64,000 bases of DNA from Ignavibacteriota bacterium (GCA_963776275.1 CAVZMI010000020.1:224001-288000); one strand, 5' to 3'; counted from the stretch's first letter, positions 1 through 9,660 are shown. Notes: generated from the letters alone by a model not told the origin. Program-made: numbers and translations.

Positions 1-2487
1 AGAACCGCCGTAGTTCATCACCAGCAGAGTGCGACCAACGGTAAGGATGATATCTTCTTTTCCATCATTATCGATATCTGCAATCGCCGGGGATGTAACG
101 ATTGAATCCGGGACTTTCAATGAAAATCCGGATATCAGATCGCCCGAAAACGAATAGACCAGGATATCGCGTGATGATGTCACCAGTACCATTTCCCGCT
201 TTCCATCACCGTCAACGTCTCCCGCTGCGGCAGCAACAATTTTTTTATCCTGAACCTGAATAGTGATACCGGCCGATGTTGTCGCCCTATCTTCCGCTAT
301 TGCGACCCAAGTCGTATCGTTCTCAACGGGTCCGAGAAATGTAACAATTGGGAGATTAGAAATACTTCTGCTCTGCTTGAACGTTCCAGAAAAATCTATT
401 ATTTCAATCCTTCCATAATCATCGCCAACAAGAAACGCTGGTGAAGCCTGTGCTTGCTTCATTCCTATAACCGCAGACTTATGCGTCACAATATTATATT
501 CTCCTGGATGGCCCTCTGTAATGTACTGGATGGAACTGCATTTTCCTTCACCTCGTGTGAACAAAACAGCCTCCGTTGAATCGAGGCACACAAATACCTG
601 TCTGTTCCCATAGGCCGGATCAGCAGGAATCAATGCAATACTCGTTATTGGTGATGGTGGTCTAAGAATGAGACCTGTCGAATCGCATATCCATCCCGAT
701 ACCATTGTACTACTTGGTATATCCGAGAGCAGACTAAAGCCGTAAAGTCCACCCGATGATGGAGTAAAAATGATTGGTCTGATATTTGGTGTTCCAAAAA
801 GCGCAACTGGTGACTGTTTCGGTTCCACTGCACCAATTTTCTTTGGGAACCCCGTAAGCGGCTGGACTCTATCATCACCTATTCGTACCCGGGCACTCAT
901 AATTGGCCCACGCAGACTGAAACTATTCATGCTTACATGTGACGGTAAGTAGGAATTTGTAAGTGCCGGTGGATTTGTCGTTTCATCAAATCGATTTATA
1001 AAAAGTGGAGCTTTATTTCCTGCATACCAATAATCAAACAGCGTTCCATATTCACTTCCGGCGGCCGGATCGAGCATGCCGTACGATTGACCGATATCCT
1101 GTGACCCATCAGCTTCCTCAAGATCCACTCCGCGTTGCAGTGGATCATTATTAATAGTATTCGTTTCAAGACGGGCACCGATAATATTTTCATCAATATG
1201 CCATATCAACATGCCGCCATCATAGACGATATTGTTTGTATCGACCCCTCCCGGAAGACTCCAATCATAATCTTCTACATCGACAAGAACACCGCGGATT
1301 GCATTCGGATTGTCCTCGTTAAACAATGCAATGTCGGTGGTATCGCCGTTGAAGTGTTGTACAACGAGTTGTCCATTGACGATCATGGATACAAGCTGGC
1401 CATTTTTGAGTGGATCGCGATTCCGGTTTTCAATGAGATAATATTCCCGGCTGTTGATTGGGACTTTAAAAATGATGCTGTCGCTCCCATCGTGAAGTCC
1501 GACGGCATGTACACGAATCTCGGAAATTCCGGAGGGTACTTCAATTACTTTAGCCCACCCGAGGGCAATACGCTCCCACGCTGAAGGTTCGGGAGGAAAG
1601 AGTCCGCGGTAGCTGAAAAATCCTGCACCGTCCATCAATCCGAACCGGCCGATTCCAGATTGTCCATTCGATGTATTGTATAGATCGGGGAGCCCTAAAT
1701 GGCTTCCTATCATTGCGGTAAGAAGTCCATTCCAGCTGTAATTGATAAGTGTTGAAAATACGCCTTCACCGATAACAAGCCGTTCGGTTTCGGGTAGGAT
1801 GATAGATGAGGTAATGTAAGTTTTTCCCGAGTCCACAGGAATTCCTTCATACGAGTTTCCCAGGAACTTCTTTGCCGATTGGAGATTCAGGTAAAGCGAT
1901 GGAAGATCGTAGGGTAGCGGGTTTCCCTGTTCGGCAAGATTGAAGTCGCGTCCGGCTCCTGCATGAAAGATAATAAAGGTATTGTACAGCGAGAAATCAA
2001 TCTCCGGCGATAACGAATCAGCCAACCGCCATGCATCAACCATGAGTTGAGCAAGTGGTGTGTAATCGGTTCCAATGAGTTGAGGTGCATAAGCCTGCAT
2101 TTTTTTTGATACTGTAAACACCCGGTTCACGACTTCGCTCTGGACGATTAACTTTCCATTCGAGACTTTCCTGAAGTAATTTTCTGCAAATTTCAGATGA
2201 TTCAGGAAATATTGCAGGTTGTGTGGTGGTGGATCAAATAGGGTATCGGCGCTTTGCGAAATATCGAAGGCACCGTTCCCTGTAGTCCGCGAATCCGAAT
2301 CAGGCTGAAACTGAATCATGATTGCCAGGACACGCAGGGTATCCGGATGAGTAATAACCGATGGTGCTACGTTAAGGCTAAAAAAAGAGTCACCCCCATC
2401 AAGGGAGAGAGGGTGACTCAATTGCTGTGCGTGAGCTACTGAAACTGTTATCATGCTGCCCACCAGCCAGCAAAGAAGACTTCTCAT
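1..2487 (-). CDS. Large secreted protein: M6 (immune inhibitor A)-like metallopeptidase fold with degenerate zinc motif plus FG-GAP/VCBS repeats; probable T9SS cargo; 3' end runs off the window
   Basis: Absent from the ORF track because there is no stop in the window. Manual translation from ATG 2487: signal peptide MRSLLCWLVGSMITVSVAHAQ, then DTLRVLAIMIQFQPD, IIFHAGAG, AMIGSHLGLPDLY, FGLMDG, EYYLIENR, GGMLIWHIDE, and FG-GAP-type GDVDGDGKRE and SPAIADIDNDGKEDII. Confidence 0.8.
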   Translation of the reverse strand, partial: MRSLLCWLVGSMITVSVAHAQQLSHPLSLDGGDSFFSLNVAPSVITHPDTLRVLAIMIQFQPDSDSRTTGNGAFDISQSADTLFDPPPHNLQYFLNHLKFAENYFRKVSNGKLIVQSEVVNRVFTVSKKMQAYAPQLIGTDYTPLAQLMVDAWRLADSLSPEIDFSLYNTFIIFHAGAGRDFNLAEQGNPLPYDLPSLYLNLQSAKKFLGNSYEGIPVDSGKTYITSSIILPETERLVIGEGVFSTLINYSWNGLLTAMIGSHLGLPDLYNTSNGQSGIGRFGLMDGAGFFSYRGLFPPEPSAWERIALGWAKVIEVPSGISEIRVHAVGLHDGSDSIIFKVPINSREYYLIENRNRDPLKNGQLVSMIVNGQLVVQHFNGDTTDIALFNEDNPNAIRGVLVDVEDYDWSLPGGVDTNNIVYDGGMLIWHIDENIIGARLETNTINNDPLQRGVDLEEADGSQDIGQSYGMLDPAAGSEYGTLFDYWYAGNKAPLFINRFDETTNPPALTNSYLPSHVSMNSFSLRGPIMSARVRIGDDRVQPLTGFPKKIGAVEPKQSPVALFGTPNIRPIIFTPSSGGLYGFSLLSDIPSSTMVSGWICDSTGLILRPPSPITSIALIPADPAYGNRQVFVCLDSTEAVLFTRGEGKCSSIQYITEGHPGEYNIVTHKSAVIGMKQAQASPAFLVGDDYGRIEIIDFSGTFKQSRSISNLPIVTFLGPVENDTTWVAIAEDRATTSAGITIQVQDKKIVAAAAGDVDGDGKREMVLVTSSRDILVYSFSGDLISGFSLKVPDSIVTSPAIADIDNDGKEDIILTVGRTLLVMNYGGS

Positions 2488-2489
2488 TA

Positions 2490-3590
2490 TTATTGCCAGT
2501 TAATCAATATTGAAAAACGCAATGTATTTGCAAGGGGACTGCTGTCCGAGGCAGAAATATAACTAAAATCAAATCCATAAATGTCGTAGCGAATTCCGCC
2601 GCCGAATGTTAGGAATTTTCTATTACCATATTTCTCATCCTCATGGAAATACCCGGCCCGAAGGGCGACTGTTTTATCGTACCAATATTCCAATCCCACT
2701 CCCTCGACAACTCGTTGAAGTCCACCGTCACCCCACGCAGTGAAGAGAGCCTTATAAAACGGATCCGGCTTTTTCTCTTCCTCCGGCGGATATCGCCGCA
2801 CAAGGAGGCGACTAAAATCAAGAGAAAAATTCAGATCGTTATGTTCACTGTTAAGAATCTTATATCCAAATCCCAACCGGAGGTTTGTCGGTATCGGATC
2901 GGCTTGTTCTTTATCTATGTAGGTCATTGTCGGACCGAGATTCGACAAATTCATACCGACGCTGAATGCATTTCCGATATCACCTACTAATGGAATTTCA
3001 AGTACTTTCGGTTTATAAAGGAGGGCGATATCAGCGCTCACCGTTGATGCAATACCTTTTCCTTGTTCTTGTCCCGCACCTACATCGGCAAGTTTACTGT
3101 AGATGAAGCGCAAGCTCGTTCCTATTGAAAACTCATCGGTAATCAGTGTAGAATATCCCACAGCAGCGGCCATTTCGAAACTTCGGAACGTGCCAATAAC
3201 TTCAGGACCGGATTCACCTGTCCTATTGAATTCCCCGTAATTCATGTAAATGATGCTGGCGCCGATCGTCCCACTGATGCTCGGCATTTCAGCTTTGAAA
3301 TACAGATTCTCATAAAAAAGATCCGATAGTTGCAACTGCGGAAGCCAGCTTGAATGCGAGAGACTGACTTCATAGCCATGCTGAAAGGCCAGCCCCGCAG
3401 GGTTGTAGAACATTGCCGATGCATCGTCGGCGATGCCTGCCCCTGATTCACCAAGTGCACTTGCTCGCGGTGCAGGCGAGATTAATAGAAACGGGACTGC
3501 TGCTTCCCCCTGAGCCTGTACCGAACTCGGTACAATGAGAAATAACAGGATCAGTACCACACCATACATCACTATTGATTGCTTAAGCAT
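2490..3590 (-). CDS. porV: PorV-family type IX secretion outer membrane beta-barrel protein
   Basis: Signal peptide, AAVPFLLISPAPRASALGE, SAMFYNPAGLAF, LRAGYFHE..GNRKFLTFGGG, PLANTLRFS. Confidence 0.85.
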   Translation of the reverse strand: MLKQSIVMYGVVLILLFLIVPSSVQAQGEAAVPFLLISPAPRASALGESGAGIADDASAMFYNPAGLAFQHGYEVSLSHSSWLPQLQLSDLFYENLYFKAEMPSISGTIGASIIYMNYGEFNRTGESGPEVIGTFRSFEMAAAVGYSTLITDEFSIGTSLRFIYSKLADVGAGQEQGKGIASTVSADIALLYKPKVLEIPLVGDIGNAFSVGMNLSNLGPTMTYIDKEQADPIPTNLRLGFGYKILNSEHNDLNFSLDFSRLLVRRYPPEEEKKPDPFYKALFTAWGDGGLQRVVEGVGLEYWYDKTVALRAGYFHEDEKYGNRKFLTFGGGIRYDIYGFDFSYISASDSSPLANTLRFSILINWQ

Positions 3591-4845
3591 TCTTCTTAAC
3601 CTCCAGCATTACGCTATGATATTGTCTGTAATAGTAACGATTTAATCCATAATCCAGTACGGATGTCATCATGTCAGCAAGCGCCGCACCCATAAGACCT
3701 ATCAGTGGAATTAGTACAATGTCCGCTGCCACATTCAACGTCGATGTCGTTATTGAGATGTTCCGCATATATTTCCCGAGACGCCGGGCCGAAAAATAAC
3801 TGTGATAAATCTGGTTCCAGCCATTAAAGATCATTCCAAATACAAGGATCGGAACAATATCACGCACGGCATCATACTTCTCTGAGAAGACGGATCGGAT
3901 AATCCATTGGTTACCGATCACCACTATCCCCGCAATTCCCAGTATCCATATACTGTTAGCGATAAAAATGTTCCTGGGAATCCGTTCAAGCGAAGCAAAT
4001 CGCTTAAAGATGCTTATTCCTATGGCACGCGCGAACATCGAAATCGGGAGTACGATCGTCTGAGCGACACTATAATATCCGACTGATGTTGCTCCAAATA
4101 CATACGAAATCAACAATTTATCACTTCCGGTTGTCAAATTATCAACGATCGTACCGGAGTAGATATAAATTCCGTATTCACGTGTTTCCTTCATAATATG
4201 CCGTACTCGCACGAAAACATCGGTAAAATCAGGCCTGGTAGCTGCTGCCACAGCGATCATCGCCAGCGTGAGAGCTCCAAAGTACAGCACAAGTGAAAGA
4301 AGCAGACTGAACCGACCGGTTATCACGACCACACCTACCACGCAACAGTAAAGTAAACGCGGCAGTATTGTATGGATTGCTAATTTCCCGATTTCATTGC
4401 TTCCGCGGAACAACAACGTAAGCATTCCCTGGAACGGAAATACCATTATCAGTGGTGCAAGCAATAACAAATACCCGCCGATATGGCTCGTAAAAATACG
4501 ATCGATGAAAAGACTCACCAGAACGATGCATAGTCCAAAGACGATGCTCACACCGCCCGTCAGAACGACCATCGCACCGGCGAGTTTGCGTTCATCTCCC
4601 CGCTCAGGCGATTCCGGGATCACCGCCATTAGCCGTGACCCGGCCGAGAACAGCCCAAAGTCAAAGAACCATCCGACAAAAAGAATTGTCGATGTAACAA
4701 ACGAAAAAATACCGAAATCATCAACTGACAATAACCGTGTATTGGCAATCGTGATGCCGAGTCCCAGAATTGCATTCACAAGCTGGGCAATGAATAGGAC
4801 TCCACTCTGTCGTGCTGTTATATTCTGGAAGAGCGAGCGGAGCAC
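3583..4845 (-). CDS. Oligosaccharide flippase (Wzx/MATE-like polysaccharide export protein)
   Basis: Polytopic membrane protein with RLLSVDDFGIFS, DKLLISYVFGATSVGYYSVA, LIPLIGLMGAALA. Confidence 0.85.
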   Translation of the reverse strand: MLRSLFQNITARQSGVLFIAQLVNAILGLGITIANTRLLSVDDFGIFSFVTSTILFVGWFFDFGLFSAGSRLMAVIPESPERGDERKLAGAMVVLTGGVSIVFGLCIVLVSLFIDRIFTSHIGGYLLLLAPLIMVFPFQGMLTLLFRGSNEIGKLAIHTILPRLLYCCVVGVVVITGRFSLLLSLVLYFGALTLAMIAVAAATRPDFTDVFVRVRHIMKETREYGIYIYSGTIVDNLTTGSDKLLISYVFGATSVGYYSVAQTIVLPISMFARAIGISIFKRFASLERIPRNIFIANSIWILGIAGIVVIGNQWIIRSVFSEKYDAVRDIVPILVFGMIFNGWNQIYHSYFSARRLGKYMRNISITTSTLNVAADIVLIPLIGLMGAALADMMTSVLDYGLNRYYYRQYHSVMLEVKKNA

Positions 4846-4869
4846 CGGGCATCCTTTCGTTGGAAATAG

Positions 4870-5075
4870 TAAAGCCGAATGTCAATTGCCCATCCCTTGC
4901 ATCCGGGATTGCCTTTAACATTCGGCTTCCTTAAAATAATCTCAATTTTACTATCCGACTTCGTTAAAGGCTTCCCTCGCCCCGCACCGACGTCCTTTCC
5001 TTACGGGGATATGACTTCAGACATCTATTCTGAAGATATTCATAATAAAATTATATCAATCCTTTAACGAAGGTG
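4870..5075 (-). promoter_or_regulatory. Structured 5' leader with alternative helices (candidate riboswitch/attenuator)
   Basis: Perfect inverted repeats 5061-5072/4959-4970 (12 bp), 4963-4971/4911-4919 (9 bp) and 4918-4928/4872-4882 (11 bp), overlapping in a mutually exclusive chain. Confidence 0.6.
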
Positions 5076-5106
5076 CTATAAATCAGAACTCCTTATATGG
5101 GGTAGC

Positions 5107-5135
5107 AATATATCAAATTTGGGCATGTTTGTCAA
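5107..5135 (-). promoter_or_regulatory. Sigma70-type promoter for the flippase-porV operon
   Basis: TTGACA-N17-TATATT on the minus strand. Confidence 0.65.
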
Positions 5136-5247
5136 GCTTTTTCTCTGTCGGTCAAGAAACCGCAAATTTATATAGTTTCTCGTATTTTTCGCTTGATATT
5201 TTCCTGTCCCTTTGATATTATTGATCTTAAAGTGAAAGGGATTTTCT

Positions 5248-6237
5248 ATGGCAAAGATTAAAGTAGGTACATTCAATTGTGAAAACATGTTTACCCGCTA
5301 CAAATTCCTCGACATTCCATGGGATGAAAAGAAATATGTCGACTTCATAAGACCAAGTGCAAGTGAGGGATTGGTAAACTTCCTTCCCGGACGGGGAGAC
5401 ATACCGGCACCGAGGGAAATCAGCCGGAAGCAGCGTCAGAATACCGCGGCGGTTGTACTCAATAATTCTCCTGATATTCTTGCTGTTCAGGAGGTCGAAA
5501 ATCTTCCAACGATGCGGCTGTTTAATTCTAAATTCATGCACCACTATTTCAAGTATTCCGTCCTCATTGAAGGAAATGACAGTATGAGGATGATCGATGT
5601 CGGTCTATTTTCCAATCATCCTATTCTCAATATACGAACGCATATGTTCGAGACAAAATATCTTCCTTCCCACAAGAGTCCGTCTCATATATTTTCACGT
5701 GATTGTCTTGAAGTTGATGTTCTTATCGATAAGCAGATCGTCACGTTCCTTGTAAATCATTTTAAAGCACAGGAAGCTTTCACAAAACGGGGGAAAAAAC
5801 CGTCGGACGATGTCCTCAAACGCCAGATGCAAGCCGAACGCGTTGTTGAAATTGTTGAAGAAAAATACACAAACGATCATAACGCACAATATATTGTCCT
5901 TGGTGATTTAAATTGTGCCCCGCCAGCCGACGGCGTTTCCGACCTTGCCGCATTCTACAAAACAAAAGCGGTTATCCCGATCGACGATTCACTCGACGGT
6001 CAGCAATGGACCCATTTTTTATCAATGAAAAATCAAAAACGGTCAAGTGTTTCAAAAATGGATTATATCTTCATCTCTCCGGCAATTCGCAAGAAAAATC
6101 CGAAGGCAGAACTTATCATTGAGCGGGGAGGACTGAGTCCGTTATGCAGGTTCTATACCGAAAAACGATTTCCGGGTATTACGGAAAATACGGAAGCTTC
6201 AGATCATTGTGCTGTTTTTGTAGATCTTGATATTTGA
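5248..6237 (+). CDS. Endonuclease/exonuclease/phosphatase (EEP) family protein
   Basis: GTFNCENMF, DILAVQEVE, NHFK, VLGDLN, DYIF, ASDHCAV. Confidence 0.9.
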   Translation: MAKIKVGTFNCENMFTRYKFLDIPWDEKKYVDFIRPSASEGLVNFLPGRGDIPAPREISRKQRQNTAAVVLNNSPDILAVQEVENLPTMRLFNSKFMHHYFKYSVLIEGNDSMRMIDVGLFSNHPILNIRTHMFETKYLPSHKSPSHIFSRDCLEVDVLIDKQIVTFLVNHFKAQEAFTKRGKKPSDDVLKRQMQAERVVEIVEEKYTNDHNAQYIVLGDLNCAPPADGVSDLAAFYKTKAVIPIDDSLDGQQWTHFLSMKNQKRSSVSKMDYIFISPAIRKKNPKAELIIERGGLSPLCRFYTEKRFPGITENTEASDHCAVFVDLDI

Positions 6238-6358
6238 GATCAGAAAAATCTGGAGGTTTGTACGGTAGCGGTGTATAAAACCGATAACGTCATACCGAGA
6301 ATGACATTCATACAATCTGCTCAAAGCGCTACCTGTCACGTTGTAAATCAATAATCCG

Positions 6359-8041
6359 TCAAGACCGACTCTCCTCTTTCTGGGGAAGTGCGGGAATTAC
6401 CAAGAGAACCTTCTCCCGATCAATGACGACTGTACCGGCTGAAGCTCCTTTCGGTTTCCGTACATATTTTTTTTCCGTCATCGCGACTGGTACATACTTT
6501 GCGTTCCTTTGTCTGCTGTAATATGCCGCAATTGATGCTGCCTGTTCCTTCGCTTTTTTGGAAGGCTCACCGTTTCCTGTCGCAACACGAAGAACGACAT
6601 GCGATCCGCCGCTCCCACGTACATGAAACCACAGATCATTCGGCTTTGCATAGTGTAACGTCAATTCATCGTTATTTTTGCTGCTCTTTCCCGCCCACAC
6701 TTCAAAACCCCCGGCGACATGAAATATACGGAATGGTACCGGCTCATCGGTTTTCACATTTCTGATTATGTTATATGCTTGCAATTCTTTTTTTTGCACC
6801 CGAACGAATTCTTTCAGTTCGTCTCCTGTTGTACATTTGGAAATATTCTCATAAAGTGTGCGAAGCACGGCTATGGTTTTCTCAAGTGTCTTTAAGCGTT
6901 CTTCCGATTCACGCCGCGCAGATTTTGCCTTTTTTGCCCGATTAAAATAATTTTCCGCATTCTGGATCGGCGTTAAATGCAAATCCAGAGGAATTTTCAC
7001 CGGGATACCGGTAAGAGGATCATCAAGTTCTATCTCCTCCTGTAACCGAGTAATAGAACTCGCATAGGTCATAAGTATCTTTCCATACCTCTCATATTGC
7101 ACTACACGATCTGCGTTGATAAGATCTGCACGGATTTTGCCGATAGTCCGCTCAACCCTGAGTATTTCGGTTTGGAGTCGTTGCTGCATCTCATGTTGCC
7201 CGCCTTCGAAGTATTCATCTCTCATGCTCTTCGAAACATATACGCGAAGCGCATTGTTGATCGAATCGGATTCCTCGCATCTGAGATGTGAATATTGTGA
7301 AAGCGAAATAAGTGAAAATGCGATCGGTGAATCGTGTTTGTAGTAGATCCTGGGCGCCGGTTGTGTCAACTGACCGGAGAGATTCTGTAGTGTTTGAAAG
7401 AGTATTCGCCCCTGGTCATCCGTTACTGATGCAATAGGTGTTGCCGCCTCGAATTGTGTACGATGCAGAATTTCCTCGATGAGCGTTTTTCCGAGATAAG
7501 GAAACATAGATTTCAGGGCTTCACGAAGAAGTATGCGATCATGAGCTTTGAGTGTATGGAAAAATTCATCGTACGAATTTAATAATGGCATGTCGGTGTT
7601 TCCGCCCCGTTTCAACATAACAATTTTCCCGACCGTTTCTTTTGAGCGGACAAATTCATCAATAATAGCATTGTGATCATTAACAACGAGCACATTTGCA
7701 GCACTACCGTACATCTTAATTGCCACGGTAAGTTGTCCAGAACAACGGAGAAGCAGGGTTCTATCATATTGAGCGGATGCGATACTCTCGATTGTTTTCC
7801 CGATAACAAGCGGAAAAAGATCGACGGTATTTCGTTTTGCTCGTTTTATGTCGTGGAGCAGGTACACAAAATTCCTATGCGGTTCGACAGAAATCCTTAA
7901 AGCCGCATGTTGTTCGCCCTGATCGAAGTGCAACATGAGCTCATTCCGCGTTTGGGAGAAAACCTCAAGAATCGATGCTCCGGCAAGCATCTCATCAAGC
8001 CAGTGTGCAAGGTATTTCAATGTTGCATAGTGCGTCAGCAT
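6359..8041 (-). CDS. NFACT/RqcH (FbpA-like) ribosome quality control protein
   Basis: IPLD..LTPIQNAENYFNRAKK coiled coil and NFACT-R domain AGKSSKNNDELT, DLWFHVRGSGGSHVVL, AASIAAYYS, KYVRKPKG. Confidence 0.9.
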   Translation of the reverse strand: MLTHYATLKYLAHWLDEMLAGASILEVFSQTRNELMLHFDQGEQHAALRISVEPHRNFVYLLHDIKRAKRNTVDLFPLVIGKTIESIASAQYDRTLLLRCSGQLTVAIKMYGSAANVLVVNDHNAIIDEFVRSKETVGKIVMLKRGGNTDMPLLNSYDEFFHTLKAHDRILLREALKSMFPYLGKTLIEEILHRTQFEAATPIASVTDDQGRILFQTLQNLSGQLTQPAPRIYYKHDSPIAFSLISLSQYSHLRCEESDSINNALRVYVSKSMRDEYFEGGQHEMQQRLQTEILRVERTIGKIRADLINADRVVQYERYGKILMTYASSITRLQEEIELDDPLTGIPVKIPLDLHLTPIQNAENYFNRAKKAKSARRESEERLKTLEKTIAVLRTLYENISKCTTGDELKEFVRVQKKELQAYNIIRNVKTDEPVPFRIFHVAGGFEVWAGKSSKNNDELTLHYAKPNDLWFHVRGSGGSHVVLRVATGNGEPSKKAKEQAASIAAYYSRQRNAKYVPVAMTEKKYVRKPKGASAGTVVIDREKVLLVIPALPQKEESRS

Positions 8042-8044
8042 TTG

Positions 8045-8118
8045 TTATCCACAGTTGGATGAGAAATATAGTAATTACATGTCGAAAAAGAAATTGGATG
8101 TGGGTAAGATGTGGATAA
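8045..8118. promoter_or_regulatory. DnaA box cluster
   Basis: TTATCCACA 8045-8053, TGTGGATAA 8110-8118 (both consensus) and TGTGGGTAA 8099-8107 (one mismatch). Confidence 0.65.
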
Positions 8119-8212
8119 ATCCGTTCACATCTTGTTTAAAGCTTTTCATTGACTACGGGTGAGTTTTTTTGTACCTTACGGTGCAAATTTTTCTAATTTA
8201 TCGGGGTTTTCC

Positions 8213-9091
8213 ATGATTTCAAGCATGACCGGTTATGGACGGGGTGAAGCAAGCAACAAGGAAATCACCGCCATTGTTGAAATCCGGAGTGTGAACAGCC
8301 GGTTTTTAGAAGTCAATTCCCGTCTTCCACGGACACTCATACTTCGTGAGAACGACATCAAGGAATATATCCGTCAGAAACTCAGTCGCGGAAAGATCAA
8401 TGTCAATATTACTCTTGAGCACGCCTCCGATGGGGAGGTTCCCGTTACAATTGATAAGTCGGCTGCAAAAGCGTATTACAAATTGCTCAATGAGCTTCGA
8501 AAGACGGTGAAGACGAAGGAAAGAGTGAGTCTTGACCATCTCCTGAAGTTTTCGGATATCTTTAAAGCCGAGGATATTGAAGATGCGGGTGAACAAGAGT
8601 GGAAGTTTGTTGTTGAAGCACTCGAAAGTGCTCTTGATGATCTCAATCTCATGCGAATGAACGAGGGTGCAGAATTAAAAAAGGATTTTCTCAAGCGTCT
8701 CCTGTTGATGGAAGAAAAAGTGAATGAGATCGAGAATCTTTCTAGAGCCAGGCTTCCTGAAGAACGTCAGAGATTGATAGAACGGGTTCGTCAGATTATC
8801 GATGAGGGGAAAATCGACCCGGCCCGTCTTGAACTGGAGATTATTCTACTTGCAGATAAAATGGATGTCACTGAAGAATGTGTCCGTTTCAGAAGTCATG
8901 TAAAATTTTTTACCGAAGCTCTTAACGGTACGGATTCAGCTGGCCGTAAATTGAATTTTTTAATTCAGGAGATGAACCGCGAGATTAACACCATCGGATC
9001 AAAAAGCAGCGACACGGTTATTTCCCATACTGTCGTAAGAGTGAAAGAAGAATTAGAACGTATTCGTGAGCAGCTGCAGAATATCGAATAA
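8213..9091 (+). CDS. yicC: YicC/YloC family endoribonuclease
   Basis: MISSMTGYGRG, EIRSVNSRFLE, DVTEECVRF, GRKLNFLIQEMNREINTIGSK, IREQLQNIE; start moved to ATG 8213. Confidence 0.95.
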   Translation: MISSMTGYGRGEASNKEITAIVEIRSVNSRFLEVNSRLPRTLILRENDIKEYIRQKLSRGKINVNITLEHASDGEVPVTIDKSAAKAYYKLLNELRKTVKTKERVSLDHLLKFSDIFKAEDIEDAGEQEWKFVVEALESALDDLNLMRMNEGAELKKDFLKRLLLMEEKVNEIENLSRARLPEERQRLIERVRQIIDEGKIDPARLELEIILLADKMDVTEECVRFRSHVKFFTEALNGTDSAGRKLNFLIQEMNREINTIGSKSSDTVISHTVVRVKEELERIREQLQNIE

Positions 9092-9660
9092 TGAATGCAC
9101 CAAGGCTCTTTGTGATCTCGGCGCCCAGCGGGTGCGGAAAGACTACGATTGTAAAGGCGATTCTCCAGCGTCATCCGGAGTTTCGTTTTTCTATTTCCGC
9201 AACAACGCGAAAAAAAAGAGACGACGAGATTGATGGACATGATTACTTCTTTCTCACGCAGCAAGAATTTCAACGAAGGATCGATATCGGTGAGTTTGCA
9301 GAATGGGAAGAATTCTTCGGCAACCGCTACGGCACTTTGAAGAGTCAGATTGATGATGCGCTTCACACCGGGACTTCGATGATTTTCGATATCGATGTGA
9401 AAGGCGGTCTCTCGATCAAGCGCCTTTATCCTCATGATGCCGTCACGATTTTTATTGAACCGCCGAATCTTGAGATACTTCACCAGCGTCTTGCAAGTCG
9501 GGGTACTGAAACACCTCGGCAATTACAGATTCGTATATCCAGAGTTGAGATGGAGCTTCAGGAGGGAAAAAGTTTTGAATATCATATTGTGAACGACATC
9601 CTTGAAAAAGCTATCGCAGATGTCGACGCAATCATCCAGGATTCTCTCACAAAATCCTGA
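9091..9660 (+). CDS. gmk: Guanylate kinase
   Basis: SAPSGCGKTT P-loop, SISATTR, DGHDYFF, YGT, DIDVKG. Confidence 0.97.
   Translation: MNAPRLFVISAPSGCGKTTIVKAILQRHPEFRFSISATTRKKRDDEIDGHDYFFLTQQEFQRRIDIGEFAEWEEFFGNRYGTLKSQIDDALHTGTSMIFDIDVKGGLSIKRLYPHDAVTIFIEPPNLEILHQRLASRGTETPRQLQIRISRVEMELQEGKSFEYHIVNDILEKAIADVDAIIQDSLTKS

Noticed and set aside
2387-2419. Inverted repeat GAGTCACCC/GGGTGACTC early in the M6-like gene, and a suspected frameshift at the adjacent A run
   Set aside because: The frame is open through this region; a single 9-bp stem inside a CDS could be chance or an mRNA stabiliser and has no other support
4870-5075. Assigning the leader to 6S RNA, M-box, c-di-GMP-I, glycine or cobalamin riboswitch
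   Set aside because: Only short superficial matches (CUUCGUUA, GGCAA, AAAGGAC); the conserved cores of those families are absent by eye
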